IMG/VR virus record: IMGVR_UViG_3300025087_000064
Span: 1-61,666 of that record
DNA length: 61,666 nucleotides
Reading direction: 5' to 3' (one strand)
Source of the DNA: a virus
Taxonomy: Duplodnaviria > Caudoviricetes
Below the pieces are notes generated by a model, which was given only the letters and a program-made list of their open reading frames with translations, did no database searches and was not told the origin of the DNA. Of the stretch, positions 37,687-47,388 are shown piece after piece (position 1 is the stretch's first letter; each line of letters opens with the position of its first letter). The position numbers were made by a program, and so were the translations under genes.

Positions 37687-38294
37687 TAGGAAAGAGGAAG
37701 GTTATAGACTGGGAGAAAGTATCTGCCCTGTACCGTGTCGGGACTCGCTCGTTAAGGGACATCGCCCAAGAGTTCGGGATAACCGAGGGGGCTATTCGAA
37801 AGCGAGCAAAGGCCGAGGAGTGGCCAAGGGATTTGTCAGAGCAGGTGAGGTTGAAGGCCGACGATTTAGTACGCAAAAGTTTAGTACGCGCTGGTACGCA
37901 AGGGACCACCGAAAAGGAGCTAAAGGACGCAGAGGCATCGTCTCAAGCCGATGTACGCACTGCCCAGATGGTGGGGGCCTCTGAGAATAAGAGGGTTATC
38001 GAGTCCATGATTGCCGAGCTTAAGTTGCAAAATAAACATACCGAGGAATTAATGGCCCTGATCGATATCATCAATAAACATCCCGACGAAGCTGTTGCCC
38101 TTGGCTCCCGAGCAACCGATATGTTCAGGAAGGTGCTTTCTTTTCCGGGCAGGGCCGATTCTGCCAAGAAACTTTTCGAGACATGGTGTAAGCTGGTTGA
38201 GACCGAAAGAAAGGTCTACAGTATTGACAAGGGCACCGAAGGCGGTGACGATAAGTACATCGTAACAATTTCAAAAGAGGACAGGGGGTTATGA
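37683..38294 (+). CDS. terS: Terminase small subunit
   Basis: IDWEKV..YRVG..SLRDIAQEFGITEGAIRKRAK.E.WPRDL HTH; upstream of TerL. Confidence 0.85.
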   Translation: MIGKRKVIDWEKVSALYRVGTRSLRDIAQEFGITEGAIRKRAKAEEWPRDLSEQVRLKADDLVRKSLVRAGTQGTTEKELKDAEASSQADVRTAQMVGASENKRVIESMIAELKLQNKHTEELMALIDIINKHPDEAVALGSRATDMFRKVLSFPGRADSAKKLFETWCKLVETERKVYSIDKGTEGGDDKYIVTISKEDRGL

Positions 38295-38488
38295 TGATCG
38301 AGTTGAGATGGATTGCGGAAAATCGTGGCGATGATCGTGGCGTTATGTCGTGTAAGCCGGTTGCTGTTAGTTACCAGGAAAACTATACCCTGCAGTATCG
38401 CACGATGATCTTCGGACTTTTCGGTCGCCCACTGGAGTTCTCGGAGTGGCGCGATGTGCCGGTCGTTAAGCGCGGAGAATTATGTTAG
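38291..38488 (+). CDS. Small hypothetical protein
   Basis: ELRW..LQYR..EWRDVPVV pattern; coupled. Confidence 0.55.
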   Translation: MMIELRWIAENRGDDRGVMSCKPVAVSYQENYTLQYRTMIFGLFGRPLEFSEWRDVPVVKRGELC

Positions 38489-39027
38489 GCTACGCCCGCG
38501 ACGATACGGCATATGACTATGCGCAACCTGGCGATATAGTAACAATATCTAGCAACACCAAAATACTTGGTTTCGACGCGGATGCAGTGGTATCTGAGCT
38601 TACTGCATACGGTGTCAGGAACGGTATCCAGCTTGTTTATAAACAGTTCGGGAGTGACGAGGTGATGGTCCTGGCGGACACCTTAGGTAGGGTGGAAGTG
38701 GCGAAGGAATGGGCCTCTAGCCTAGTTGTTGATATCTCTAGCCGTGAGGTTGGCAATACCATACCTATCGGCCTCGGGTCGTATGTGTATTTCCTACTGC
38801 TGCATGGTGATCTTGTTTATATCGGCCAGACATGCGATATATGCGCCCGTATCTCCTCGCACTATAAGCAGAAAAAGTTCGATGGTATAATATATGAGCC
38901 TTTTGCTCAAGATACATTACTCTTAGCTGAGGCTGTTAATATTTGGCGACACCGCCCGCCCATGAATATCCAAGGTCTAAGCGACAGTCAATACCTTGCC
39001 ACCATAATCAATATGAGTGACCTTTAA
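38482..39027 (+). CDS. GIY-YIG nuclease with a resolvase-like N-terminus
   Basis: YVYFL...LVYIGQT..I.ARI..H, E..I..P.MN. Confidence 0.75.
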   Translation: MLGYARDDTAYDYAQPGDIVTISSNTKILGFDADAVVSELTAYGVRNGIQLVYKQFGSDEVMVLADTLGRVEVAKEWASSLVVDISSREVGNTIPIGLGSYVYFLLLHGDLVYIGQTCDICARISSHYKQKKFDGIIYEPFAQDTLLLAEAVNIWRHRPPMNIQGLSDSQYLATIINMSDL

Positions 39028-40373
39028 TGGCCTTTAAGCTCACCCCGAAACAGGTGCAGGGCAATAAGCTGCTCTCAAGCAATGCCTTGCATCTCATGTT
39101 CTTCGGTGGATCGAGATCCGGGAAAACCTTTCTCATTTGCCGAGCTATCGCGACCCGCGCCATGATGGCCCCAGGCTCACGTCATGCAATCGTCAGGTTC
39201 AGGTTCAACGCGGTCAAGCAATCCATCGTCCTCGATACCTGGCCAAAGATGATGAGGCTATGCTTCCCCAATTACTCAGCTCCTATTGACAAAACGGATT
39301 GGTACGCACAGTTCCCCAATGGCTCGCAGGTGTGGTTCGGTGGCCTGGATGAGAAGGAAAGGACCGAGAAGATCCTCGGTATGGAGTTTATATCCATCTT
39401 CTTCAATGAAGCATCGCAGATCTCCTACCCATCCAGGGAGCTGGTTTTGACCAGGCTCGCCCAGCTCTGCGAGGTTGTGATCGACGGCAAGCCTGACGGC
39501 TTACTCCCGCCCAGAGTCTATTACGACGAGAACCCGCCGAGCAAGGGGCACTGGTCGTACAAACTGTTTGTCAGGCATATCGACCCGGATACGAAGAAGC
39601 TGTTGCCGGATCCAGCTAAGTTTGGCAGTATGCTGATGAATCCGCTCGACAATGCGGAGAACCTATCGCCAACCTACCTGAAGAACCTGGAAGATCTCAG
39701 TGCCAGGATGAAGAAGAGGTTCCTCAAGGGTGAGTTCGCCGACGAGACCGAGAACGGTCTATTTGACGATATGAGTATCGATAAGTGGAGGATGCTCGAT
39801 AGCGAGGATCTTCCACAGATGGTACGAATCGTCATTGCTGTCGATCCATCTGGGAGCGGCGACACTGAAAACGCCACAAATGACGAGATAGGTATTGTGG
39901 CTGCAGGGCTTGGGATAGATGGCAAGGGTTATCTCTTGGCCGACCTAACCTGTAAAGCAGGACCGGCAACATGGGGCAAGGTAGCTACTGACGCATATGA
40001 CAGGTTTGAGGCAAATGCCGTGGTAGGTGAGATCAACTTCGGCGGTGCCATGGTCAATCACGTCATCCAGGTAAGCCGACCCCGGACGCCATTTAAGTCG
40101 GTAACTGCGTCGAGGGGCAAGGCAGTAAGAGCCGAACCGGTAGCTGCTCTTGTCGAGGTTGGCCGCATTCGTTTCGCAGGCTATTTCCCATTACTCGAAG
40201 AAGAGCTGGGGAATTTCACCACCAACGGCTACGTCGGCGAGCGTTCACCAAACAGGGCTGATGCATTCGTGTGGGCATTCACCGAGCTGTTCGGGCCGAT
40301 TTGCGCAGTGAAGAAGAAGCCGAAGGGGCAATCGATACCCTGGAGGCCACTTGATCCTGGGGTGGGCTACTAA
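39027..40373 (+). CDS. terL: Terminase large subunit
   Basis: Walker A GGSRSGKT, Walker B IFFNE, nuclease IAVDPS, KAVRAEP, DAFVWA. Confidence 0.95.
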   Translation: MAFKLTPKQVQGNKLLSSNALHLMFFGGSRSGKTFLICRAIATRAMMAPGSRHAIVRFRFNAVKQSIVLDTWPKMMRLCFPNYSAPIDKTDWYAQFPNGSQVWFGGLDEKERTEKILGMEFISIFFNEASQISYPSRELVLTRLAQLCEVVIDGKPDGLLPPRVYYDENPPSKGHWSYKLFVRHIDPDTKKLLPDPAKFGSMLMNPLDNAENLSPTYLKNLEDLSARMKKRFLKGEFADETENGLFDDMSIDKWRMLDSEDLPQMVRIVIAVDPSGSGDTENATNDEIGIVAAGLGIDGKGYLLADLTCKAGPATWGKVATDAYDRFEANAVVGEINFGGAMVNHVIQVSRPRTPFKSVTASRGKAVRAEPVAALVEVGRIRFAGYFPLLEEELGNFTTNGYVGERSPNRADAFVWAFTELFGPICAVKKKPKGQSIPWRPLDPGVGY

Positions 40374-40377
40374 GTGT

Positions 40378-40902
40378 ATGATATCATTAGATAAATTAAT
40401 AGAAGTCTTAACGTATAATTGCACTACCGGGGAATTTTTCTGGCTGGTTACCGTAAATCCTCGGGCTCAAGCCGGTGATATAGCTGGTTCGTTGTCATTG
40501 AGTGATGGGTATATATACATCCAATATCTAGGGGCCAGATACCTGGCCCACCGCCTGGCGTGGTTTTTCCGGTACGGCTATGACTCTGAATTTGAGATCG
40601 ACCACGTGGATCGCGTTAGGACGCATAACTGGCCCGAGAACCTTCGCGAGGCGTCGCGTCAATGCCAGGTGCGGAATTGCGGCATGTTGCGCAATAACAC
40701 CTCGGGTATCAAGGGTGTCTCACCTAGTAAGATTGGTAGGAACTGGGTTGTCTATATAAAAGTCAATGGTGTAAAGAAGACACTGGGCTATACCGACACC
40801 CTCCTAGAAGCAGCATACCTCCGCTACGCCGCCGAGCAGTGTCTTGGCTTCCAGGATTGCGATATCAATTCGAGCGCGAAACAATTTATTGACAGTTATT
40901 GA
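40378..40902 (+). CDS. HNH homing endonuclease with AP2-like C-terminus; paralogue of 16550-17077
   Basis: YLAHRLAW..IDHVDRVRTHNW.ENLREA, NTSGIKGV, RYAAEQCLG. Confidence 0.88.
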   Translation: MISLDKLIEVLTYNCTTGEFFWLVTVNPRAQAGDIAGSLSLSDGYIYIQYLGARYLAHRLAWFFRYGYDSEFEIDHVDRVRTHNWPENLREASRQCQVRNCGMLRNNTSGIKGVSPSKIGRNWVVYIKVNGVKKTLGYTDTLLEAAYLRYAAEQCLGFQDCDINSSAKQFIDSY

Positions 40903-40957
40903 CATCGATTATACCTTTCGCCTGCAAAATAACCGGTGTACTATAGGGTTTCAATAT

Positions 40958-41054
40958 TACCCGGCCATGGTGGTCTGGATATCACGCGGAGAGACAAGCT
41001 AGCACTTGACAAGCGGATCTCCGGTCCTCGGTTCGATTCCGGGACGGGTAGCCA
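40958..41054 (+). ncRNA. Atypical tRNA-like RNA ending in GCCA
   Basis: Acceptor TACCCG/CGGGTA + GCCA, D-like GTGGT-CTGGAT-ATCAC, CGGAGA/TCTCCG stem around 25 nt, T-arm CTCGG-TTCGATT-CCGGG. Confidence 0.7.
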
Positions 41055-41098
41055 GAACGTTTTGTCGCTGCTCCATATCAATTGAATTGTGAGGGACT

Positions 41099-41920
41099 AT
41101 GAAGAAAAAGGCGTTAAAGGGTGAGATTGACCGGTTGCGTTTTCTTATCGACAAACTGAATCGCAGGATCGGGAGGCTGGAGGGGGAACCAGCTCAATGT
41201 CCGTGCAATATTCCAAACGCGGATGAACTGAATCAAGCGAAGGCTGATACTTCGTTGATCAGGTTCCGTTGCGCAACCCCGATAATTGACGACCTCGGTA
41301 GCAACGAAGGTCACGAGTAATATTAACAATGGAGTGCTACATGGAAGAGGACGACTATACGCCTGGCCTGGTCGCCAGGTTGGGCGAGATGTACGAGGAG
41401 ACCACCGTCAATATCCGGAATGTCGAAGATACATTGTATGAGGAGTGCAACTCATTGCTGAAGGTCGAAATGATTGACCTGTTGCACCTCCTCAGGAAAA
41501 CTAGGGACGCCATAGGGAGAACTATCACCGAGGTTATTAAGACTGAGCGAAATTTCGTCACCCCGGAACACGTCCTCCGTCCATTCAGGGCTGTTGGCCC
41601 GCAAATTAAACAGGAGAAGAATGAAGATGTGCGAGAATAAAGTGTGTAGTAATAAGGATGGCTGTGCCTGTAACGAGACCGCTCCTGTAGCTTGTGCGAG
41701 CTGCCAGGTGTTGCTGGCCGAGATCGAGCGGCTGAAGGGGGAGCGTGGTGTCCTCCGTGAAGCATGCAAACTTATGATCGGTGGCGATTCGGAGGAGTTA
41801 CTGGGGTGTGTTATGGCTCAAATGGTCGAGGAGATGAAGTCAACCTCCCATGAAGATAAACAGTCGGCACTCATCGGTATGGCTGTTGTCTGCGCCCTTA
41901 ATGCCACCAGGGAGGTATGA
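41099..41920 (+). CDS. Three small hypothetical proteins (41099-41320, 41329-41640, 41621-41920)
   Basis: Consecutive ORFs with RBS and short coiled coils. Confidence 0.55.
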
Positions 41921-41921
41921 G

Positions 41922-42635
41922 ATGAATGGAGACTTCGACCGTAACCTCGGTCACGATTTTGTATTCGGCTCATTCATCACAGTGATCGCCCTATTGGTAT
42001 TGACGATCCTATTGCCGGGATGTGCGGCACTCAATACCTTTGTGGGTGGCACTGACGCAACCCTCGAAACGAACAAGCTGATCGCTGTTAGTAATATCGA
42101 CGGTAAAATCCAGGCGGGCAACGCATTCGCCGCGTGTAATGGCGAACCAGGCTGTCTCGTCGGCGTGGCCTTCGTCTATGGCTCCAATATCGGTCAACAG
42201 GCGTTCTTTCGCCCGAGGGATGGCGTAGACTACCTGCAGGCCCTGGTGCCGTATGGCGACATGTTTCTGCGGATGTACGGGATGTCAACGGGTGGAGGTA
42301 GCGGCAGTGGTCGTGGTGCGATAATCATCAATCGTTCGCCTGGTGCCTCTGTGTCAGGCATAGGCAACACGTTCTCCAATACCGGCAGTGGTTCAATCGC
42401 CGCAACGTTCGAGAATAAATCGGAGATGAACCCGATTGCTTATAGCTTCAACCCGGTGAACTCTGGGGAGGGAAGTTTGAGCCAGCCGACCGATAACCGT
42501 ACCGAGCAGAACCCAACCGACAACAGCACCCATAAGTCAGATAGCGAGAACCGTGACTTCAGGAGCTATGCACCTGTTGGACAGGAGCAACCAACCGGAG
42601 ATGCATTCTTCGGGGGTGAAGGAGACAGAAACTGA
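41922..42635 (+). CDS. Putative lipoprotein
   Basis: Hydrophobic signal ending in lipobox-like LPGC; Gly/Ser/Asn-rich C-terminal half. Confidence 0.6.
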   Translation: MNGDFDRNLGHDFVFGSFITVIALLVLTILLPGCAALNTFVGGTDATLETNKLIAVSNIDGKIQAGNAFAACNGEPGCLVGVAFVYGSNIGQQAFFRPRDGVDYLQALVPYGDMFLRMYGMSTGGGSGSGRGAIIINRSPGASVSGIGNTFSNTGSGSIAATFENKSEMNPIAYSFNPVNSGEGSLSQPTDNRTEQNPTDNSTHKSDSENRDFRSYAPVGQEQPTGDAFFGGEGDRN

Positions 42636-43558
42636 TGGAAGATTTTGATGGCAACAGGGATGACCATGTAGAAGATGAACTCCATAAGGAGCTGGAGAAT
42701 TTATCCGGCAATCTGTACGGGCTTATCGAGGGTATGCTTATCCAAGCCGACCAGCTACAGAAGGCTCTCGACTCAGCGATTACCGCCAAGAACCAGGCAG
42801 GCTTGCTGGTCGAGGCTATCGAGGAGCGCTATGAGGATGATGAGGCGGGGTTCACCGCACTTGAAGGTAAGGTAGCGTCGCTTGAGGCGGATCGGAATGA
42901 ATTGTGCAGACAGGTTGACAGCCTTACCGAACAGAACAAAGATCTTATAGGGGAAAATATTACCCTTAACGAGAGGGTTGAATTTCTTAACCGCAAGAAC
43001 ACCTCTCTCATTCGGGCGCTAGATGAAGCTCGTCGGCGGTCGATGTCTGAAGGAGATCTTATAGGGGAAAATATTACCCTTAACGAGAGGGTTGAATTTC
43101 TTAACCGCAAGAACACCTCTCTCATTCGGGCGCTAGATGAAGCTCGTCGGCGGTCGATGTCTGAAGGTCTAGCGGAGGAACATGACAGGCTTGAGGCGGC
43201 GAATATCGCCCTCTTAGCCAAAAATGAGGGCCTTGGAGTTGAGCTGGTTGAATTACGAGAAAGGGTTCGCGAGCTTGAATCGGCCAACGCCAAACACTGG
43301 GCCGACAAGGGCAGGCTTGAGGCAGCAAATGCCCTCCTCAAATTCCAGAAAGGGGAACTCCAGAGTGCCTTTACGTCCCTCACGAAGGCCCAAGAGAAGG
43401 CCGACCAATTAAAGGAGTTAAAGATCGCAGAACGTGACAGCCATATCGAGCGACTGGAGCAGCAGCTAGCCGACACTCAGAGGGTGCTCCGTGCGAAGGA
43501 GAAGGATGTCAATCTTCTCAAGGATCAAATCGGTTCGATAAGAGAGTTTTTGGCGTAA
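42635..43558 (+). CDS. Long coiled-coil protein
   Basis: 307 aa of heptad pattern containing an exact 38-aa duplication. Confidence 0.7.
   Translation: MEDFDGNRDDHVEDELHKELENLSGNLYGLIEGMLIQADQLQKALDSAITAKNQAGLLVEAIEERYEDDEAGFTALEGKVASLEADRNELCRQVDSLTEQNKDLIGENITLNERVEFLNRKNTSLIRALDEARRRSMSEGDLIGENITLNERVEFLNRKNTSLIRALDEARRRSMSEGLAEEHDRLEAANIALLAKNEGLGVELVELRERVRELESANAKHWADKGRLEAANALLKFQKGELQSAFTSLTKAQEKADQLKELKIAERDSHIERLEQQLADTQRVLRAKEKDVNLLKDQIGSIREFLA
42940..43167 (+). repeat. Perfect 114-bp tandem duplication
   Basis: 42940-43053 is identical to 43054-43167. Confidence 0.95.
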
Positions 43559-43584
43559 GTAGGCAGTAGAAGTACGGGCACGAT

Positions 43585-43614
43585 AAGCGGGAGATTTCGG
43601 TCTCCCGCTTTTTT
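43585..43614 (+). terminator. Intrinsic terminator
   Basis: AAGCGGGAGA-TTTCGG-TCTCCCGCTT followed by a T tract. Confidence 0.9.
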
Positions 43615-43625
43615 ATTGCCTAGCA

Positions 43626-43669
43626 ATATTACTTTCAACCGTGTAATAGGAAAAGTAATATGGTATAAT
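43626..43669 (+). promoter_or_regulatory. Late promoter with extended -10 and an inverted repeat
   Basis: TGGTATAAT with poor -35; ATATTACTTT/AAAGTAATAT flanks the -35 position. Confidence 0.6.
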
Positions 43670-43708
43670 TAGGCATTTCCAAAATAATAACTTATTGCAA
43701 GGATAACT

Positions 43709-46141
43709 ATGGCCAAACGTAGAAAAATGATGATGGATGAAGAGGCGGCGCAAGCCCCTGTTGACCCATACGACGAGCGGCTATATGGCAAAGAACATGC
43801 GATGCCGGATGGCTCCATGATGCAGGACTCCGAGATGGACCAAGAAGTGGAGCAGGGTGGGCTTGTCGAAAGCGACATACCCGCCGATGAAGTCGATTAC
43901 GACATGACCGACGATGAAGAGCAGGCGCGACGGGATGACAATATTGCCATTATCGCCGGGAATATCCTCAAGTCCAGGTCAGAGGCTGTTGAGTTCCGGG
44001 CGGCGAGCGGGATCGAAACATATTGGCGGATCGCCGAGCAAATGCTTGACTACGCCTCAGACTTTGAAGCTACCCCGTCAATGCTTGACTACGCTAGTGG
44101 TGTGGCCCCTATCAAGGATAGCGGCGCAAAGCGCTCCAGAGCTGTAATGAATATTGTGCGCGGAAGGTGTGAGGTTGCGAGTGGTAGGTTCGGAGAGATC
44201 CTTCTTCCCGTTAGAGATAAGAACTGGGGGTATAAAAACACTCCCAATGCAATAATCGAAGATATGGTGGGCGATGGTCGTCAGGCAATGTCTGGTGGCA
44301 AGCCCGTCATGTTTAGTAATAACACGCCAGCAACTATGAACGATGTCGCTAAGGCGATGAGGGAGCAGGCGGAAAAGGCGATGTTCGGCATGGAGCGTGT
44401 GGTCAATGACCAATTGACCGAATGCTCATTTCAGGCGGAAGAGCGCAAGCAGATAGACAAATCGGTCTACATGGGAACGGGAATATTGAAGGGTCCGGTG
44501 GTTGGTAAGCGGCTCAAAAAGACCTGGAAGCCTACGCCGGATAAGTCGGGCAAGATTGCCCATGTGCTTGAGTTCTCCGAGGAGAACAAACCGGCAAGCT
44601 ACTCCATCGACCCATGGAACGTCTACCCCTCACCCGACTGCAGAGAAGATCCGCAGAAAGCTAGTTATATCTGGGAGAAGGATACGATCAGACCCCGCGA
44701 GGTTCGCCGGTTGATTGGCGTCAAGGGGTATAGCGCCAGGCAGCTGGAAATGGTTCTCAAGGAGCAACCCAAGCGCCTCAATGTGGCTGTCGATCAACAT
44801 GGAACCGCGTACCGGGCTATCACTAATAGCATGGAGATGGGCGAACAGTACGAGGTTTGGGAGTATAATGGCGAGATCAAGCCAGAACACATGGAGGAGA
44901 TCTGGTCCTATATTCTTGGCAAGGAATGCAGTTGTGACCACTCCAAATCCGTATCAGGCAAGATTATCTTCATCAATGATCGCCCGGTGAAGGCTTCGCT
45001 GAACCTACTCGACACCGGAGATCTTCCCTACGATTTCTTCCCATGGACCCCGATTCCTGACATGCCATGGGGTGCTGGCGAACCCATAAAAATCATGTGG
45101 GCTCAGAGAATTATCAATGCCGTATGGCGTCAGATGATGGACAACTCTGGCGATTCCAGTGGCCTTAACGTTGCCATCTTCGGCCTGGAACCAGATGATG
45201 GTATTTGGGAGATTACCGGCAAGAAGCTTTGGCGATGGGATGGCGAGAGCCCTATCGATGATATCCGTAAGGCAATTACTCAATTCCAGGCGACTAACAA
45301 TCAGGAGCACCTACAGAAGATTTTGGAGCTCGCCCTGAGGTTCATCGACCTGATGACAGCCACGCCAACGATTTTCCAGGGCGAGGCCAAGGAAGCCCCC
45401 GACACTCTCGGTGCCACCAATATTGTTGTTGACTCCTCGAACGTGACATACCGGTCGAAGGTTGTTCGATTTGACGACCAGGTTACGGTCCCGCACTTGC
45501 GCAGATATTACGATTACAATATGCAATATCACCCCGACCCAAGCATCAAGGGTGAGCTAGAGGTTGACCCGCGTGGTGCGAGCGTGCTGTTTGAGAAAGA
45601 CCAAACCCGCATGGCCCTACTCCAAGCATTCCAGCTAAAACAAGACCCGCATTTCGCGAAACACACCAAGTGGAAGAAGGCTATAGAATTATTCTACTCA
45701 TCCAGCCATCTCGATATATTTCAAGAGGAGCCGGAGGAGGGCGAGGAAGGCGCGACTCCAGAGCAAGGAGCAGCAGCATCGCAGCAACAGGCAGCACAGG
45801 CTACGTTGCAGGCGGCTCAAATCAGGGCCGATACCGATATGCAGGTTGCCATGATCAAGCAGGGCGAGTCTGAGGCGAATAACAAGTTCAAGGGTGAGCA
45901 GGCTGACCTGGAGCGGGCGCATGATCTTGAGATGAAGAAAATGGACCTACAGATTTCCATGATGCAATACGCAGAGAAGCGCAACATCGAGCTCGACAAG
46001 CTCAAAGTACAGCTGGCAATCAGCAGCGAGGGATTGCGGCACTCAGAGCGGGTGATGGATAAGAAGGCGGTCGCCGAGGTAAGTAATCCGCCGACAGAGC
46101 CAGCCGGGAAGGCACCTACCGGGGAGAGCTACCAGAAATGA
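43709..46141 (+). CDS. Portal protein (podovirus type)
   Basis: 810 aa, first gene of the head operon; GTGILKGP, IDPWNVYP, YEVWEY, C-terminal Gln-rich coiled-coil barrel. Confidence 0.85.
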   Translation: MAKRRKMMMDEEAAQAPVDPYDERLYGKEHAMPDGSMMQDSEMDQEVEQGGLVESDIPADEVDYDMTDDEEQARRDDNIAIIAGNILKSRSEAVEFRAASGIETYWRIAEQMLDYASDFEATPSMLDYASGVAPIKDSGAKRSRAVMNIVRGRCEVASGRFGEILLPVRDKNWGYKNTPNAIIEDMVGDGRQAMSGGKPVMFSNNTPATMNDVAKAMREQAEKAMFGMERVVNDQLTECSFQAEERKQIDKSVYMGTGILKGPVVGKRLKKTWKPTPDKSGKIAHVLEFSEENKPASYSIDPWNVYPSPDCREDPQKASYIWEKDTIRPREVRRLIGVKGYSARQLEMVLKEQPKRLNVAVDQHGTAYRAITNSMEMGEQYEVWEYNGEIKPEHMEEIWSYILGKECSCDHSKSVSGKIIFINDRPVKASLNLLDTGDLPYDFFPWTPIPDMPWGAGEPIKIMWAQRIINAVWRQMMDNSGDSSGLNVAIFGLEPDDGIWEITGKKLWRWDGESPIDDIRKAITQFQATNNQEHLQKILELALRFIDLMTATPTIFQGEAKEAPDTLGATNIVVDSSNVTYRSKVVRFDDQVTVPHLRRYYDYNMQYHPDPSIKGELEVDPRGASVLFEKDQTRMALLQAFQLKQDPHFAKHTKWKKAIELFYSSSHLDIFQEEPEEGEEGATPEQGAAASQQQAAQATLQAAQIRADTDMQVAMIKQGESEANNKFKGEQADLERAHDLEMKKMDLQISMMQYAEKRNIELDKLKVQLAISSEGLRHSERVMDKKAVAEVSNPPTEPAGKAPTGESYQK

Positions 46142-46512
46142 GCGAAAATATATTCAACGAGGGTGACATTGTCACACAGCGTAAATTAACCCCGTTCGGC
46201 ACGATAGAGATCGTTAGGGAGCCCCTAAAGATCAGTGAGGCTCCGGCGTCAACTCCAACCGTGGTTGGCTATATTCCCGAGGCTTTCGATGAGAATTCCG
46301 GGACGTGGGCATTCTTCAAGGCACTGCTCCTGCGGAAGATAGAAGTGGTGCGAAAGCAAAATGACAACTTCCTCCTTGGCGAACGGGAAACCGCGATACT
46401 CAGGGGCGAGCTGATGATCTTAAAGGAACTGGTGAAAACACCGGAAACATTAAAAGGCCGCGAGAGCGCCCGCAAACTGACCGCCCAACCTTTGGCCGGT
46501 GAGGAGTATTAA
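46138..46512 (+). CDS. Small head-module protein
   Basis: Between portal and scaffold; ND..ETAILRG motif. Confidence 0.55.
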   Translation: MSENIFNEGDIVTQRKLTPFGTIEIVREPLKISEAPASTPTVVGYIPEAFDENSGTWAFFKALLLRKIEVVRKQNDNFLLGERETAILRGELMILKELVKTPETLKGRESARKLTAQPLAGEEY

Positions 46513-46515
46513 GCA

Positions 46516-47388
46516 ATGGCAGATGAAAACATGATGAGCGAGGAGGAAAGACTCCTTCGGGAAGAGGTCTACAACGAGGTATATAATGGCGACGGTCAAG
46601 AGATCGAGCAGGTAACAGCGGCTAAGGCCCCTGAAAAGACCGGCGATAATTCTGGCGAAGGCGTTGCAGTTATACCAAGTGAAGAGCAAGACCCATGGGC
46701 TGGTGTTAATCCCGCGTTAAGAGCGGCGATTGAGAGCTTGACCAAGAAAACTGGCGACATCGACAACCTGGCGTTCCGCGTTAAGCAGACCGAGAGCAGG
46801 GTGGGGAGTATCGACAATCGGCTTCAAGGGGCACAAAATGCTCCCGCCGTTAAGACACCGACCAAGGATGAGATCGAGAAAGCTCTTGCGTCTAGCGAGG
46901 GAATGGCTGAATTCAAAGCCGACTTCCCGGCGCATGATGCAGCCCTGGAGGCGCGAGATAACGCCCTGAAGCAGACCCTGGAGGCGATGCGTCAGGAAAT
47001 GAAGACCGACTTCGACCACAAGCTAACCGACCAGCAACAGACAACGGAGTTGAAATTCTTGCGGTACAAATACCCTAACCATCTTGAGCTCATAGCTGAG
47101 CCGGGTTTTAAACCCTGGCTATCAGCGCAAAGCCTTGAGGTGCAGGAGAAGTATGGCACCTGGGATGCCCTGGATGGCATTTACATCCTCGACCATTACC
47201 TAGCATCAAAGCCAAAGGAGAAGGAGGAAGAATTGCCCGACATTATCGCAGAGCGACAGGAGCGATTGGATTCAGCTGCCGCGGATCTCCGGAAGGGTGG
47301 CAAGGCCACTAAACAGAAAAATGAAGCGGAAATGAGCGAGAAGGAATTGTACGCCCATTACGCTAAAGACATATGGAGTAAAAAATAA
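46516..47388 (+). CDS. Capsid scaffolding protein
   Basis: Acidic helical protein immediately upstream of the major capsid gene. Confidence 0.7.
   Translation: MADENMMSEEERLLREEVYNEVYNGDGQEIEQVTAAKAPEKTGDNSGEGVAVIPSEEQDPWAGVNPALRAAIESLTKKTGDIDNLAFRVKQTESRVGSIDNRLQGAQNAPAVKTPTKDEIEKALASSEGMAEFKADFPAHDAALEARDNALKQTLEAMRQEMKTDFDHKLTDQQQTTELKFLRYKYPNHLELIAEPGFKPWLSAQSLEVQEKYGTWDALDGIYILDHYLASKPKEKEEELPDIIAERQERLDSAAADLRKGGKATKQKNEAEMSEKELYAHYAKDIWSKK

Noticed and set aside
40958-41054. tRNA-Sec or tmRNA
   Set aside because: No TCA anticodon, long variable arm or 8-bp acceptor; no G3:U70 alanine identity or tag reading frame
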